Shown: positions 15,201-27,353, numbered from the whole stretch's first letter. The stretch: 54,339 nt of DNA, filler included, from Bipalium vagum (GCA_037834085.1; 3 parts of 3 records of this genome joined end to end with filler, not necessarily neighbours in it); one strand, 5' to 3'. The notes: generated by a model from the sequence alone, not told the origin. Translations and numbers: made by a program.

Positions 15201-15955
15201 CTATTCTTTTCATCTTTTTCAATTTTTCGACACAATTCCTTCTTTTTTCTCAATTCACCAAGCTTTTTCTTTTTCGCTTCTTCAACTTCTTCAAAAACAT
15301 TCCCTAAGTCAATTGGTATTAACGAAACCATATTTATTGCTCTCAACTGAATTGTTATATTTTCAATTTTGGCCATTTCCATCGCAACCTCTTGGGTCTC
15401 CTTTTCAAAATCCTGTATAATCTTTTGTTCCTCTTCTTCCAAATCCTCCAATCCTACTAATTCTTCTTCCTCAATATTCTCAAACTTTATTTTCAGCTCC
15501 AGCAATCTCTCGTTTAACTTTATTGTTCTTTCCTTTGATTTAATTGATTCTACCACAAGTGGACCTACACGAGAAAGGATAACAGGATCAAGAAAAATCT
15601 CAGTAACTCACCAGTTTTGGAGGTTTCTTCAATTTTGTCATTGACCTTTTGAAATTCACTGATTACACTTTGGAGCTGATTCTCTTCTTCAGTGAAAAAG
15701 AAGTGAGGGGTGGCGAATTTTAAGTTTGACAGCATTTGACTAAGTTCTTCTCCTTTAGCTATCTGAGAGGCTGCAAACTTGGATAAATTCTCAAATTCTG
15801 CTAGGTTTTCTTCATAGGCCTTTAATCTTTGACTGTCTGAACTTTGGAAAGATTCTGGCTCAGAGTCGGGATCATTATTCTTTCTTTCAACCGAGACATT
15901 CAATTTTGAAGATAAATAATCCATGGATGACATCCACTCCACCATTTCCGTCATT
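246..15955 (-). CDS. Giant alpha-helical rod protein, spectrin-repeat/nesprin(MSP-300/ANC-1)-like; partial multi-exon gene
   Basis: Exons read from GT-AG sites: 15955-15612, 15564-11275 (contains a 100-N gap), 9841-9539, 7282-6962, 5997-4759, 3380-2760, 1612-869, 786-622, 569-246. They splice in frame into about 2,800 aa of E/K/L-rich heptads with spectrin-like Trp positions (KEIEKWIND, HDKWITDVE, EFLKWLK, EMVEWMSS). No start or stop in the window; family assignment is inferred. Confidence 0.8.
1780..2343 (-). mobile_element. Mariner transposon 5' fragment
   Basis: Translates to MRKLCARWAPRL (mariner WVPxxL motif) with HTH remnants; TIR-like end TACGAGGTATGTTGAAAAG at 2343 on the minus strand. 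Confidence 0.85.
6185..6560 (-). mobile_element. Degenerate mariner transposase fragment
   Basis: Minus strand encodes TGDEM*IYS and ILHHDNASPHKA, matching the first and second catalytic-Asp motifs. Confidence 0.8.
7881..8239. mobile_element. Foldback element/MITE of about 360 bp with long imperfect inverted repeats
   Basis: TGGTATAGTATCT...ATTGGCTCGCGACAATTGA...AATAAAAATTAAGATTAATAATCAATA is mirrored at the right end; internal TTAGGGTTAGGGTT with a CCTAACC counterpart. Confidence 0.85.
8273..9060 (+). mobile_element. Degenerate Tc1-like transposon
   Basis: Left end TATACTGTGTGCCAAAATTATTG; remnants VDFSDESGFCL, DNNMPR and RSPDLSVI resemble the Tc1 DD34E motifs; many stops. Confidence 0.75.
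9065..9350 (+). mobile_element. Mariner C-terminal fragment
   Basis: RPH motif and an SPDL-like stretch followed by IDFNLF (cf. YSPDLAPSDYHLF), frameshifted. Confidence 0.5.
9412..9477 (+). ncRNA. Degenerate type I hammerhead ribozyme (Penelope-associated type)
   Basis: Stem I TTATTTAGTA / TACTAAGTGA encloses CTGATGA, stem II GAAAT-cata-ATTTT, GAAA and stem III CC...GG. The cleavage-site triplet appears one base short. Confidence 0.55.
9970..11000 (-). mobile_element. Near full-length degenerate mariner (DD34D) element
   Basis: HNNATPNTAHMTVAKIQEQGLELFYQLPYSLNIATAHYHFFGNLDNFL; also DEIWFQYY, W(I)PHEL and C-terminal GSYFDE* remnants. Confidence 0.9.
14300..14825 (-). repeat. Coding tandem repeat, 144-bp (48-aa) unit, interrupted by a 100-N gap
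   Basis: Unit QEHSITKPPEISLKDDEDMEDLVDISKLIRSDDVLCDEKEKVGKDLDN; TGAATGTTCTTG occurs at 14461 and 14605 (period 144); at least 3 copies visible. Confidence 0.92.
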
Positions 15956-16389
15956 CTAAGTTTAATTTATTAATAAGATAAACATATTTTGTGTTGTAAT
16001 ATAATAAATTTATACGTAGATATACATTGAAAAAAAAAACAAAAAAACTTTCCAAATTCGATACCATTGTTTCAATAGTATAAATTTATCTCTGGACTTG
16101 AAATTATCTGACCACTTCAAAACAGAGAGAATAATGAAGATCATTAAAAATCGACTGACTGAATTATTTAGACAAAAGTGGTCCACCCCTGATGAATGCT
16201 GAGTTATGTAACTACAGAAGAGGTTGAAGAAGGACATAGAACAAAAAGGTCTGAAATACTTTGCTCACCATTTTGATATTTACTAAATAGAATCTTGGTA
16301 AATGTGCCAAATATAATGTTTATTAAAATGATTTTAGAACTTTTAATTTGGTCCGAAAAATATGTGACCGATTTTGGTAAATATTTTAA

Positions 16390-16870
16390 AATATTTCAAT
16401 CAATACATTTAAGACTTTATTAATCAAAATATAATTCTTTGGAATCTATAAATATCTACCAATGAGAAATAAGCATATTTATTTGAACAGCATAATTCCC
16501 AAGACTTCTAGAATCGAAAAATTCGTCAAAGGCATTTTTACATTCTCCTCATTCTCAAAGGTATAAATATTAAGTAATGATTTGTGATACTCCGAAATCA
16601 AATGGTGAAAGATAGACTTCCAAATCTAGTGAAAAGGTACAAAAGTTGATAGCTTCAACATAAATTGTAGATTTAAACCACGCGAAACATGATGTTCCTA
16701 CAGAAATAAATAAGGAAAATATTTTAAAAATTTTTTGTCAATTATTTTTGAAATCTTATTTATTTTCTATTTTGCAAATAGATATACAATTATATTTTCA
16801 CAATTTGTAAAACTTTCTATTCTCAAATTGAAAATATGGTTGAGTTTTTTATGAAGAATGGCTTTGACCA
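16390..16870 (-). mobile_element. Mariner C-terminal fragment
   Basis: Minus strand remnants TFENEENV, NAFDEFFDSR and IDSKELYFD* match mariner C-termini. Confidence 0.7.
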
Positions 16871-16906
16871 ATGATAAGAATTCAAAATAATAGTAATAGT
16901 AATAAT

Positions 16907-17006
16907 NNNNNNNNNNNNNNNNNNNNNNNNNNNNNNNNNNNNNNNNNNNNTTAATTAATTAANNNNNNNNNNNNNNNNNNNNNNNNNNNNNNNNNNNNNN
17001 NNNNNN
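16907..17006. other. Assembly gap with artificial TTAATTAATTAA spacer
   Basis: N-run, 12-bp all-frame-stop linker, N-run; the same construct occurs at 34057-34156. Confidence 0.95.
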
Positions 17007-17406
17007 TTCAATTAAAATTTTCTTCCAATTTATAGTAAATTATATTTTAAAATATTATAATTAGTAAGTTTGTTTTACTAATTATGTTTTTATTTTCTAA
17101 AATATTTCTATTTATGATTTTCATTATAATTTTTTGTTAATTTCTTTATTTTTATTTATTAATAGCAATTATTTTATCAAATTTTCTTATTTTTAGCAAA
17201 AATGCTTTATAAGTTTTTAATTTTAATTTTATATTATTTATATTATTTATTTTATAAAAAACTTCCGGGTTTCATCTATGGGTACAATATAATATTTCTG
17301 TTCATACCTGAGACCTTTATTAAACACTTTTGAAATAACAAATAAAATACATGATAAAACAATAATTAAAATTTCATGCACAGATAGTCAGATTGGATTA
17401 TAAAGG

Positions 17407-17470
17407 ATCACAAAGAAAAGAATTATTGTTAACTAAAAATCACAAAGAAAAGAATTATTGTTAACTAAAA
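17407..17470. repeat. Perfect 32-bp tandem duplication
   Basis: ATCACAAAGAAAAGAATTATTGTTAACTAAAA twice. Confidence 0.9.
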
Positions 17471-19026
17471 ATGGTTGCACAATTGTTATTATTAATTCAT
17501 TTCGTCTGTCGTGTCTGGGAGTCTCCACAGATATTAATATATACAATTCTGCAGGTCTGGAGTCAAAAAAGCTTCGTCAGTCTTCGTGATGAAGTTTTTC
17601 ATTTTCAAAACACAGCGCTCAGAGAAAATGTGAAATGGACATTAACGTTTTAAGACACTGTTCACTATAACATTTAGAGGGTTAAGAGAACTTTACATCA
17701 GTAATAAATGATTTCATATCTCTTCGTATAAGTCTTAATAACAAAAATAGATGTTTTTGGAACAATTTAATATTTAGAAGAATTTTATTTAAGACCGTTA
17801 GACATTCAACAAAACTATTCCTGTTGAAAGTTATACATGGCCTTGAACAAATTATTGGTGAAAAAATATAAATTTTTAAAAAACATGAAAAATATATTAT
17901 AATAATAATAATAAACGTGTATTATTTAATAAAGATTTATATTATTTTTAATATTATAATATTAATAAATTTAAAAAACAATAAAATAGATATGGTTTTT
18001 AAAATTAAAATTTTCTGTTGTTAGGACTGCCTTGAAGGGTAAATTTATAAAATAATAAAAAAGCTTTCTAAAAAGTCCTAAAAGGAATATTATAATCAAT
18101 TATTTAAATATATACTAATAAAGAGCACTCGTGGCTTCTGATTATAACAAACAAATTAATAAAATATTTAGATTTATAGATTATAAACCGATAGATGCTA
18201 ATATTTATAACAATTTGTTAATTAATAAAAATTTATAATATTAAAAGTTTTATTTCATTTTAAGTCAATTTTTGAAGGATAATAATCGATATAAAAGTGA
18301 AAATTTTAATCCACATTTTTTCATTATGCCTATAAAATTATTTTTATTTAAAATTCCCGTAAAAAAAATTTCCACTAAATTTTTATTAAATAAAGTGAAT
18401 AAATTAAGTCATTTCTAATTATATTTCGTTTATTAAATAATAAATAAATAAAAATTGAATGAGTTCGAAATTTAAAATTAATTTTTCACGATATTTGAAA
18501 AATATTAAAAAAATATTTTATGAAAATTCTTTTTTTCTATCGTAAGTAGAACCACGGAACATTTTTGGTAAATTCAATAATTTTAGTTGGTAAATTCAAT
18601 AAAAATCATTTTTCAGAACAAAAGATAAGATTTCGAATTTTTATAGAGATACCAGTTTGGTTTTATCACAAGACCCCAATCTCACAATAGTCATATCGTT
18701 CCTATTAATATTTGCATTCTTTTGTTGTTATGTTAATAATATGATTTTTTATTACAATAAATAAACAAATATTTAAACAAATTTATTCCAAAGGAGTCCA
18801 AATATTTAGAAATTTGGCATTTGATGTGAAAACCAAATTTACATTCAAAACCTGTTACAATAATTCATTGAACATTGAATAATATATATTATTTAAGAAA
18901 GGATGTACAGTTCCCATGTAAGCAAACAAATGATTTGTTACCTGAAGACTATTGAAATATATGTTTCACGAAACTTCCATGAATAAATAATATTAAATAT
19001 TTAACCATTTTCACTTGTTGGAAAAA

Positions 19027-19945
19027 ATGTTTTTGGTTTTTCTCACTTTATTAATCCAAGTCAAATCGAATACGGTCTACAAGGTTTGGAGCTCCTGTGT
19101 TTTTCAAAGCTTTCAGACCTATGAAGTACAGTCCCAAATCCAATGTGCTCTTAAATGTGACCTGACCAATTGTAAGGCTCTGCAATATTATGTGAGAACA
19201 TCGTCCTGCCTTTTGTATGCTTATGATGAAATTTGCCAGTCCAACACGTCTTGTAGCAATGTCAAAATATTTATCAATGACAGATTCAATGGCTTGGTAA
19301 GAGAGAGTAGTTGTTGTTTTCATACCATTTTTATACTGTTTATAGTTTCATTCAGATAAAACAAATCCGAGATATCAAATTTTGAAGAACATCAATTTTC
19401 ATTTCGCTAGAGGAGGTCCGTCGTTATATAACATCAACAATCATACTCAAGGAATGGCAATATTAACCAGTAAGAATGACATGGCTTTTGTGGCATTAGG
19501 ATCATTTGAGAAAAGCAAACTGGTATCCCTACCTAAATTCGAAATCGTTTCTTTTATTTTAACGAGGCATTCTGAAAGTAAACTCTACATTCTTCAAATC
19601 AATAATATCATCGAGTTCTTAACTGAAGGACTATGCAAAACTTATACTAAATGTTTTCACTCAATTGACAAATACAAGGAATACATTGGAGTAAACCACC
19701 AAGTTTTCGGCATTGATTCAATTTCCGAATTTGATATTGATGATTTGGTAACTGAGATAACAAAACACAATTGGCATTTTATTTTAGCAGGAACCTTTTG
19801 GGGTGGACATCCCACACGACTTATTCAACAATTTCTCAACCTGTACGGCCTTTGTGCTTTAAAAATATCGGATAAAACAGATTATTATGTCCGAGGAAAT
19901 ATTTGTAAAAATGTTACAAAAATCAAATCAACCAAATGCCGTTAG
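19027..19945 (+). CDS. Secreted PAN/Apple-domain protein, copy 1 (about 289 aa, 2 exons)
   Basis: Exons 19027-19296 and 19346-19945; 49-nt phase-0 intron GTAAGA...TATAG joins both ORFs in frame. Signal peptide MFLVFLTLLIQVKS; PAN motif SQIQCALKCDLTNCKALQY....SSCLLY. Confidence 0.85.
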
Positions 19946-20234
19946 AATCAATTGACTCTTATTGAATTTGCCTAATTAATGTTCAAACCATTTTTTTTCT
20001 TTTAATATTTTAGAAATTATGAAATATGAATATTTTAGTTTTCCACAAGAGGGCTATTTCTCAGCAACTGTAAAGGCTCAGCTAATAGTCCTGGAAGCTT
20101 AAACGAAGATAATTCGTAAGCTTATTTCATTTTTTTATTATCATTCTTATCATTCTTATTTTATTTTCGGTTAAAACTTAGTAATATGGTTATATTATTT
20201 CATATTAACTATTGATTAACTTTAAGTATTGATT

Positions 20235-21321
20235 TGTGTTTCTTAAACTCGAACTCTTAGGTGGTGCAAAAATAATAACAATCAGTAAAGCAATAATTTG
20301 TATTTATACCACAAAACTCACAAGGAATTTCAATGATAACAATAACACAAAAATCGTGAAACTCAAATGGATCACAATAATATCTGAAATTGTCTTGAGT
20401 AATCAATCAAATACAAAAGTTCAATAAAATCGAGTCAATTATTTAAAACAAAATAAATACTTGAACTTAAGCAATAATCAAACTATAATAATAATTAATA
20501 TTAAATAATGTTTAATCAAAGTAAATATTAAGACAAAAAAATAAAACGAGTTCACGGGTTAGCTTTGTTTAAAATTCCAGGACTATCAGCTGAGCCTTTA
20601 CAGTTGCTTAGAGATATCTCTCTGGTAAGGAACTCAAACACAACTCCAGGCAAAATAACATAATTGAGAAAAAATACTTTGAATTATCTTAAGTCTTATG
20701 AATAGTCTCTTGGTACAAATCTCTAAATCTCTTGATACGGATCTCTGAAACTCTTAAGTGTGCACAATTTCACAATTTACATCTGTGAAGGGTGGATGTT
20801 TTGGGTAAACCTAACATATTTATATGTTTATGAAAATTGTTCGAAAACTAATCAATAGAAATCTTCACGGATTGTTGGCATTGTGTTTTTGCAATTCTTC
20901 ATCACAAGAATTAGCTTGTGTGAGATAATGCTTTTTCTGCCCAGAAACCGAGCATGTTTTTCTCGAATACAATATTTTATAATTTAGGTCATCAATTATC
21001 ATTCTCTGAGTTCACATGTAGCAGTCGAAAATACAGGTGAAAAAGAAAGAAAATCTCAAATCTATTTTGAAATGGATTTGGAGTGTTTCTGGTGCTAATT
21101 TATTTCATTGTTTTGAGTAATGTTTTTCTCATCATCCATAATGTTGATGAAAGGCAGGCCATAAATTTTAATTTCCAGATGCCTTTGATACAGTCGATAC
21201 AGAATCTTTTAAATAGCTTCTTTCTAGACTGAATTAGACTTCATAGATTGTGAATTTTTCAGATTGTTTGAGATTATCGTTGAAAAATTTTGCTGTCTTA
21301 CATAGGCTCCTGTAAATGACA
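20235..21321 (-). mobile_element. Possible solo LTR of about 1.09 kb
   Basis: Minus strand starts TGTCATTT and ends AAACACA, has an internal TATAAAT and is non-coding; a related fragment lies inverted at about 20040-20135. No TSD found. Confidence 0.4.
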
Positions 21322-21384
21322 ATAAAAGAAAGACCCAACAATTTTTTTAAAGTAACAAGTCATACAAAATTAACATGAAATAAA

Positions 21385-21480
21385 TACGAGGGTGGGTTGA
21401 TAATTTCTGTGAATAAATATGAAAACAATAAAATCAAAAGATAAAAAAAATATTTTTCAATGTAGTCTCTTCGTAGTGTC
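21385..21480. mobile_element. Mariner terminal inverted repeat remnant
   Basis: TACGAGGGTGGGTTGATAATTTCTGTGAATAAATA resembles the TIR at 2343. Confidence 0.6.
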
Positions 21481-21539
21481 GAACCTTAAATTCGAAATTT
21501 TATAAACGCGGGTATTGAATATAGCCAATATCTCCAAAA

Positions 21540-22345
21540 CATGAATCCTTTTATCCGTTTGTTGGGTTCTTGTCAGACTATGTCAGGGTTGTCTTCTAAT
21601 GAAGACACAGTCATCATCTTGAAGTCAAGTCATATTGAATGTGATTCAATGGTCTTCAAAAGTTATCACGATTATAGGCACTAAGCACCTCACCAATTCA
21701 TGATTATCTCTGCTATAATAGTACCTAGCATATTGTCGGAATCTATCTAGTCTCTGACTTCTTTGATGTCATACATTCACTTCTTGGTCTTGTTTGGTTT
21801 AGAAAGGTCTAGAATACTGTATTTCCTGAAAATATAAATTTAGAATGCTAGAGGAATGAGCCACAAGTCCAGTCTTAGTTGCTAAAATATCTGGGTTAGG
21901 TAAATAATCTTTTAACTTTTCTCTTAATCCGTTTTTGATCAGCATATCTCATTTCTTTCAATTTATATGATACATATCAAACTATCCTATTATGTTATTA
22001 ATATGAGACCTTTCACTTGACTACACTCCGGAAAAATATTGTTCAGGAAGTCCAACCTCTCCATACAGCCTTTCTTGAAGTAAGAATCTTTTTTAAACTT
22101 CATTCCTTCCTCTGTTTGTTCTTGTGATTTTTGGAACCTCGGAACTCATCAATATAACGTACTCCTTTTATGAATTCTGTTCCATCTAAATTCATGTCCT
22201 ATGCTATTGGAACACTGTCAATACTTAGAAAACATTTTCTTTCTAATGTCCTATAAAACACTGTAATTCTGATCTTGGTGTAGTCAGCAATTGACCTTAC
22301 TTTTTCCTCAATCATTCTGTTGAGTTTCTTTCACATTACTAGTTC
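21540..22345 (-). mobile_element. Highly decayed reverse-transcriptase region, Penelope-like
   Basis: GC-richer, stop-ridden tract with RT-like remnants in plausible order, ending in LQDDDCVFI (YxDD-like). Confidence 0.4.
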
Positions 22346-22774
22346 CTTTAATAATATACTACTGACTTATTTATTATTACTAATATTATTAATTAAAGTT
22401 ATTAATAGTTAGCTTTACATCTTTCCTAAAGCGAATCGCAACAAAGTAATTAATTTATTAAATAATTCACCTTTATCAACATAAAACTAATTAATTTCTC
22501 AAAAAATGATTTTAATGCATCGAAATGAATTCTTATTCTACAGAAAACAAAATATAAAAGTTTATATAAAATTTCATCAGGTGTTACAGCAAAAGTGGAT
22601 ATTATTAATTATTAATATTTTATATCAGAAACCATTAAAAATAACTTTGATAATTAGAGTAAGAGTTGTTTATCCTTTAATTTCATAGGACGTTTAACAA
22701 CTGAAGATAGTTTAATTAATCAATTATATAAAAGGTTAGAATTAAAAAGTGAAGAGATAACCTTTTTTATATTA

Positions 22775-23200
22775 GAGAGTGGCGACTGAAAAGGAATGCG
22801 GATGGAATTATTAGTAAAGAATATGAAATAAGAAAATACAACCAAATATGAACTGGAGAGGCTGAATAGTTAAATATTTCTGGAAAACTAACACAATTGA
22901 GACATGAATTTTTTCACCTGCTAGAAACAATAGCAGAATGAGTTCTTTTAAATGAATGAACATGGTCAAAGCAAGAACGTGTTTTAAAATGAATTTTGAA
23001 ATTAAATGAGTTTGGGGTTTCAAAATCCACTCAGTATAGTGGAACATAGGGCATAATGAATTATTACACAATGCAAAATTTGAAAAGAACAATGTATAAA
23101 ATAACAATTGAAAAAAAAGGTTGGAGATTTAGAAATGGTAAAAATAAGTCCTGAATTAATTCCTTCACTGGTGATCTTCAATCAAGCTTAATGTGAAAAC
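22775..23200 (+). mobile_element. Possible decayed Gypsy-type PBS/gag start
   Basis: TGGCGACTGA (PBS-like) followed by a stop-ridden, purine-rich coding-like tract. Confidence 0.25.
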
Positions 23201-23651
23201 AAAAGAATTAGTCTTTGGTCTATAATAGAACAATAAAGTAATTAGCTAATTCTTTCTGAATTGATCTTTCAAGGTTATTTACATTACTTAGAATTTGTCC
23301 ATATTGATAGACAAATCTACCATATCCGTTTTCTTTATTTATTTACTAGAAAATGTTATCATACAGCATCACCAAATTACTATGTTCAATATTATTTTAG
23401 CTAGAATAAGAAAAACTTTATATAAGATTATCTTATTTCATATATGTTTTGGAAAAAGGAATAAATGATAGGTATTTAGTATTTTTCAGTATTAACAATA
23501 ACTAGCGAAAATGCAAAATAGTAAAATCACTTAATTTTCTTAATTAAAATTTTAAGCTGTGATTTATTTATAAGCAATCATTTTTTAGTTTAACCTTTAC
23601 TATAACAAATTACAGACAAAACATTGTTTAAATATTCAAAGTAAATCCTTC

Positions 23652-26201
23652 ATGAGTTTAAAATTGTGAGTTATTCTTAATTCAAAATATTTTACTTTAC
23701 ATATTTAGATTGATTTGTGGGGATATTAAAGGAAAATTTGATGATCTTTATAAAAAGATTGATGTGATTGAAAAAAAGAGTGGCAAATTTGATGTAAAAT
23801 AATATGTGTTCAGATATATATTATTTTGTTCTAGACTTTGTTTTGCATAGGAGATGCATTTGGTGACAGCTACAGCTCAATTATCAGCTATATAGATGGA
23901 AAAAGCTACTGTAAATATTTATTTGTGTCCATATTTTTAAAATAAGATTATTAGCTCCTATAGAAACCTATATAATTTCACAATTACCAAGTGAACTTAA
24001 TTCAATAATTGACGTTAACGGTTCAGAAATATGTAAAAATATAACATATCTCGGCAAAAAAGGTGTCATTAAATTTCAGAACAAGTTAAAAATCGGATTT
24101 CTGAATGGTACCGAAGTAACTAATGAGGAAGTTAAAAATTTATCTCACCAATTAATGTGTACCAATATTGGTTACACTGGTATTGATATTTTATTCACTC
24201 TTTTATGGCCATCGGGCATTGAAAAACTCGGCAAAGAACTTCCCAGCGGAGAGAACTCTGTTAAATGGGGAAATGAATTAATTTCTGCTTTAGCAGTTTT
24301 AGTGAAACCGCGGTATCATTTTACAGCGGGACGTGACTTATATTATGAACGACAACCATACAAGTAAATTTATTTTGCTTTTCGAATTTCATTGCCTTAT
24401 TGCATTGTGAATCGTTATTAGAATGTATTCAATTTTTGTGTGGAAATTTGTAATTCTTTTATATCAAGAATTACTCTAATTGTTTAAAAATATTACAATG
24501 GGTTATTTAGGAATGGTAATTCTCTTTCAAAACCGAAACATGCAACTCGCTTCATTGGTCTCTCGTCTTATAAAAACAAAGCAAATGACAAGGTTACATT
24601 ATTTTTGTAGATAAAGAGATCGTCATTGTACAAATCATTGACGCAATTTATAAAATAAAATTTTAAAAATTATGAAGTTAATTATTTATTATTTCTTTTC
24701 TAATTGTTTAAATTAATTAATTTTGAATTAACTAATTTCATTTTCTGTTATCGCGGAATTGAGTTATGTTTTTGATTTTCGTTATTAACTGTACCATTTA
24801 TTCATATGATTAAAAAGTTGTTAATTAAATTTTTTGGTCACAATTTGATAACATTCAACAATAAACTAATCTTTTGGTTTTAGTATTTATATGCATTGCA
24901 ATTGCAACCGATGGAATTAATGGTGCCCGAGGATCTATTGAAAATACCAGCTGATTGTACCGAAAATCCATTTTTAGAAATCAAAACAGATCTTATATTG
25001 GTAAAATTATTAAACAATAATTTTGTAATACAGTTTTAAAAACAGTCGTCGACGAGTCAGCAATTCTTTTACGATCCATCTCTATTGAAAAGAAAAGCTG
25101 AGTCTGAAGGAGAACATAGCGAGAAAAAAAAGCAGCGTTTGTAAAATTGACATTGGATGATAATTGTGACGGTGGAAATTTTCAGGGACAAACTCAACGG
25201 ACGGCTGTTGGTTTTGCTTGGGCAATCCTCAGGTGGAAAAGCATTTAATAGTTCATGTTGGAAATGAAGTCTACGTTGCCATGCCACGGGGTGCTCTCAG
25301 CGATGAGCATTTGATGATTTTGACCGTTGGCCATTTCCAATCTTTCGTAACCGTCCCAGCGGAAGTGAGAAAAGAAGTCAGGAGAGCTATGAAGACAATT
25401 GTCAAATACTTCTCCACAAAAGACAAGGACGTCGTTTTTTTCGAGAGGAACTTCAAAACAAATCACTTTCAAATGCAGGTCGGTTACTCTCAGTATTTCT
25501 TTTCGTCTTTGTTTAAAGTATATCGCATTGTTTAGGTCGTGCCGGTTGACAGGGACAAGCTGGAAACCTGTAGAGTATTGTTCACGGAAATGGGGTCCAG
25601 TCCAAGTGGGCCTGGAGAAAATTTCAGAGAAATTCCAAGTCGTGCAAAGCTTGTCGAGGTACCTTTTATCTGTCACCGATAATAGGAACCGTGTGACATT
25701 CGTTTAACCTTCTCATTCAATCGTTATTGCTTCAGATCGTAAATCCAAACGTACCATACTTTTATGTAGAATTTTCGGACGAGAGCAAATTCTTCGGATC
25801 AATTCCTCGCGACAGATTATCGTCATTCGATTTGCAATTCGGAAGGTACGTTGTATTATCAGTTTTCATTGGTCAAATTAAATAATCAATAATATTAATT
25901 TATTTAATAATACTTATAACAGGAAATATGGAACATAAAATCACATTCTTAAATCGATATCGAATTTATTTTAATGGAATTTGAAAATCTTATATTATTT
26001 ATTATAATTATTGATTATAATTTTTATTGATTGCCATAGATTTTATTGTTAATTTTTATTATCAGATTAGTCCTAAGTCATTTGAAGGTTCTGAATTGTC
26101 CACACAAAGTTGATTGGAGGAAATGTATTGAGGATAAGAGCATAGAAAGGAAAATGGTTAAAAAAATGCAGAATTCTCTGTCGAAATTTTTTGAAATATA
26201 A
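23652..26201 (+). CDS. CWF19L1: CWF19-like protein 1 (metallophosphoesterase-like N-terminus plus CwfJ C-terminal domains), about 11 exons
   Basis: Spliced protein MSLKLLICGDIKGKFDDLYKK...FCIGD...DILFTLLWP...KPRYHF...YYERQPY...ATRFIGL...CWFCLGNPQVEKHLIV...FFERNFKTNHFQMQVVP...QFGR...VDWRKC...FFEI*; all introns are GT-AG. Confidence 0.95.
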
Positions 26202-27158
26202 AAAAATCGTTTTTTGAATTTTTATTGTATTAGAAAAAACTTTTATTTATGGAAATAAGTTAATCACTAGTCAATTTTGAAGCATATTAAGATAATTCTT
26301 AATTCTCTTTCATGATGATCGGTATAAGCTTTATAAAAAATCGATTATCGAAAGAGGAGTAAATTAAACGGTTTAAAGCTTATTTCAATTAAATTTCCTT
26401 TATATTAAAGCTTGAAAATTTTCGTTCTGTATTTTGTGATATTGCTTATGTTGTTTTCACATTTTAGGAATAAGAGTAAATTGGGAAGTTAATATGAAGT
26501 CTGATAACATGGTTCTGAGTCATAAAATCAATGCTTTGATGTTAAATGCCGAGATCTCTTTTGTAATTTCTCTCATTTGCACTGATGGAAAATAGAATGA
26601 TAACTGACAATTTAAAGTTAGAACATTTAAGGAAGAAAATTAAAAAGATTGCTCATGTAAAAGTAATAAAAATGTTAATCTAAGTAATAAAATATATGAA
26701 CGAATAAAATTAGGAATTTTTTGAAGACGTATTTTAACCAACCACCGGAAGTAGTAAAATTTGAAAAAATAGGTTAAATTATTAAGAGCCACAATATTTC
26801 ATCGTGAACTATTTGAATCTTCGAAAATATATTCTCTGTGATCTGCTGTGAATGTGTTCCAAGGATGTATTTTATTATACTGTGCACTTAGTTACGATTT
26901 TGCTTGTCACATAATTTATATTTGGTTTTTTAGTTATTTAAATTCAGATTGTTAATTCCACACAATGGTCGTGGTATTAATCTAATGGTGGTATTACAGA
27001 TTCCTGACATTTAGTGAAAACTAATAGAAATTATTTGGTAATATTGTTGTAAGATCAATACAGGTTTTTTTCACTTAATTGTTATTTGATTTCCAAAGGT
27101 TAGTGTAGCTAACGTATGCAACCAATTAAAAATTTGAGTTTGATTTAGTTAATATAAA

Positions 27159-27353
27159 TACACTAAATTTTCGATATAAGCGACAATTTTTAAATCAAAA
27201 AGTAGCTTATAAAAAATGGGTCACTTAAAACAAAATGATATATTTAAAAATGTTATCTTTAAAGTCACTAAATAATAAATATCAATATGAATGTATTAAA
27301 ATTTTTAAAAAGAGCCCTCTTTCGAAAGTCACTTAAAGAGAAAATTTAGTGTA
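27159..27353. mobile_element. MITE of about 195 bp
   Basis: TACACTAAATTTTC ... GAAAATTTAGTGTA inverted termini; internal GTCACTTAAA repeats. Confidence 0.65.

Noticed and set aside
11369-15644. Many + strand Ser/Phe-rich ORFs
   Set aside because: Antisense shadows of the E/K-rich exon.
16951-16962. TTAATTAATTAA island inside Ns (also 34101-34112) as a biological motif
   Set aside because: Identical all-frame-stop linker centred in equal-length gaps: an assembly artefact.
17500-17685. piggyBac end (AGAGGGTTAA)
   Set aside because: Only one short terminus; no matching end or transposase recognised.
17790-17805. Resemblance to a planarian spliced-leader 5' end (CCGTTAGAC)
   Set aside because: Only 9 nt match; no AUG|GU donor or Sm site follows.
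18941-18980. Second hammerhead candidate CTGAAGA...CGAAAC
   Set aside because: Extra unpaired bases before stem II, and no stem III/stem I complementarity or GUH site.
19346-19385. Premature stop in the PAN genes if the TTCAG acceptor is used
   Set aside because: The upstream TAG acceptor (19345; 28586 in copy 2) keeps the frame and is conserved in both copies.
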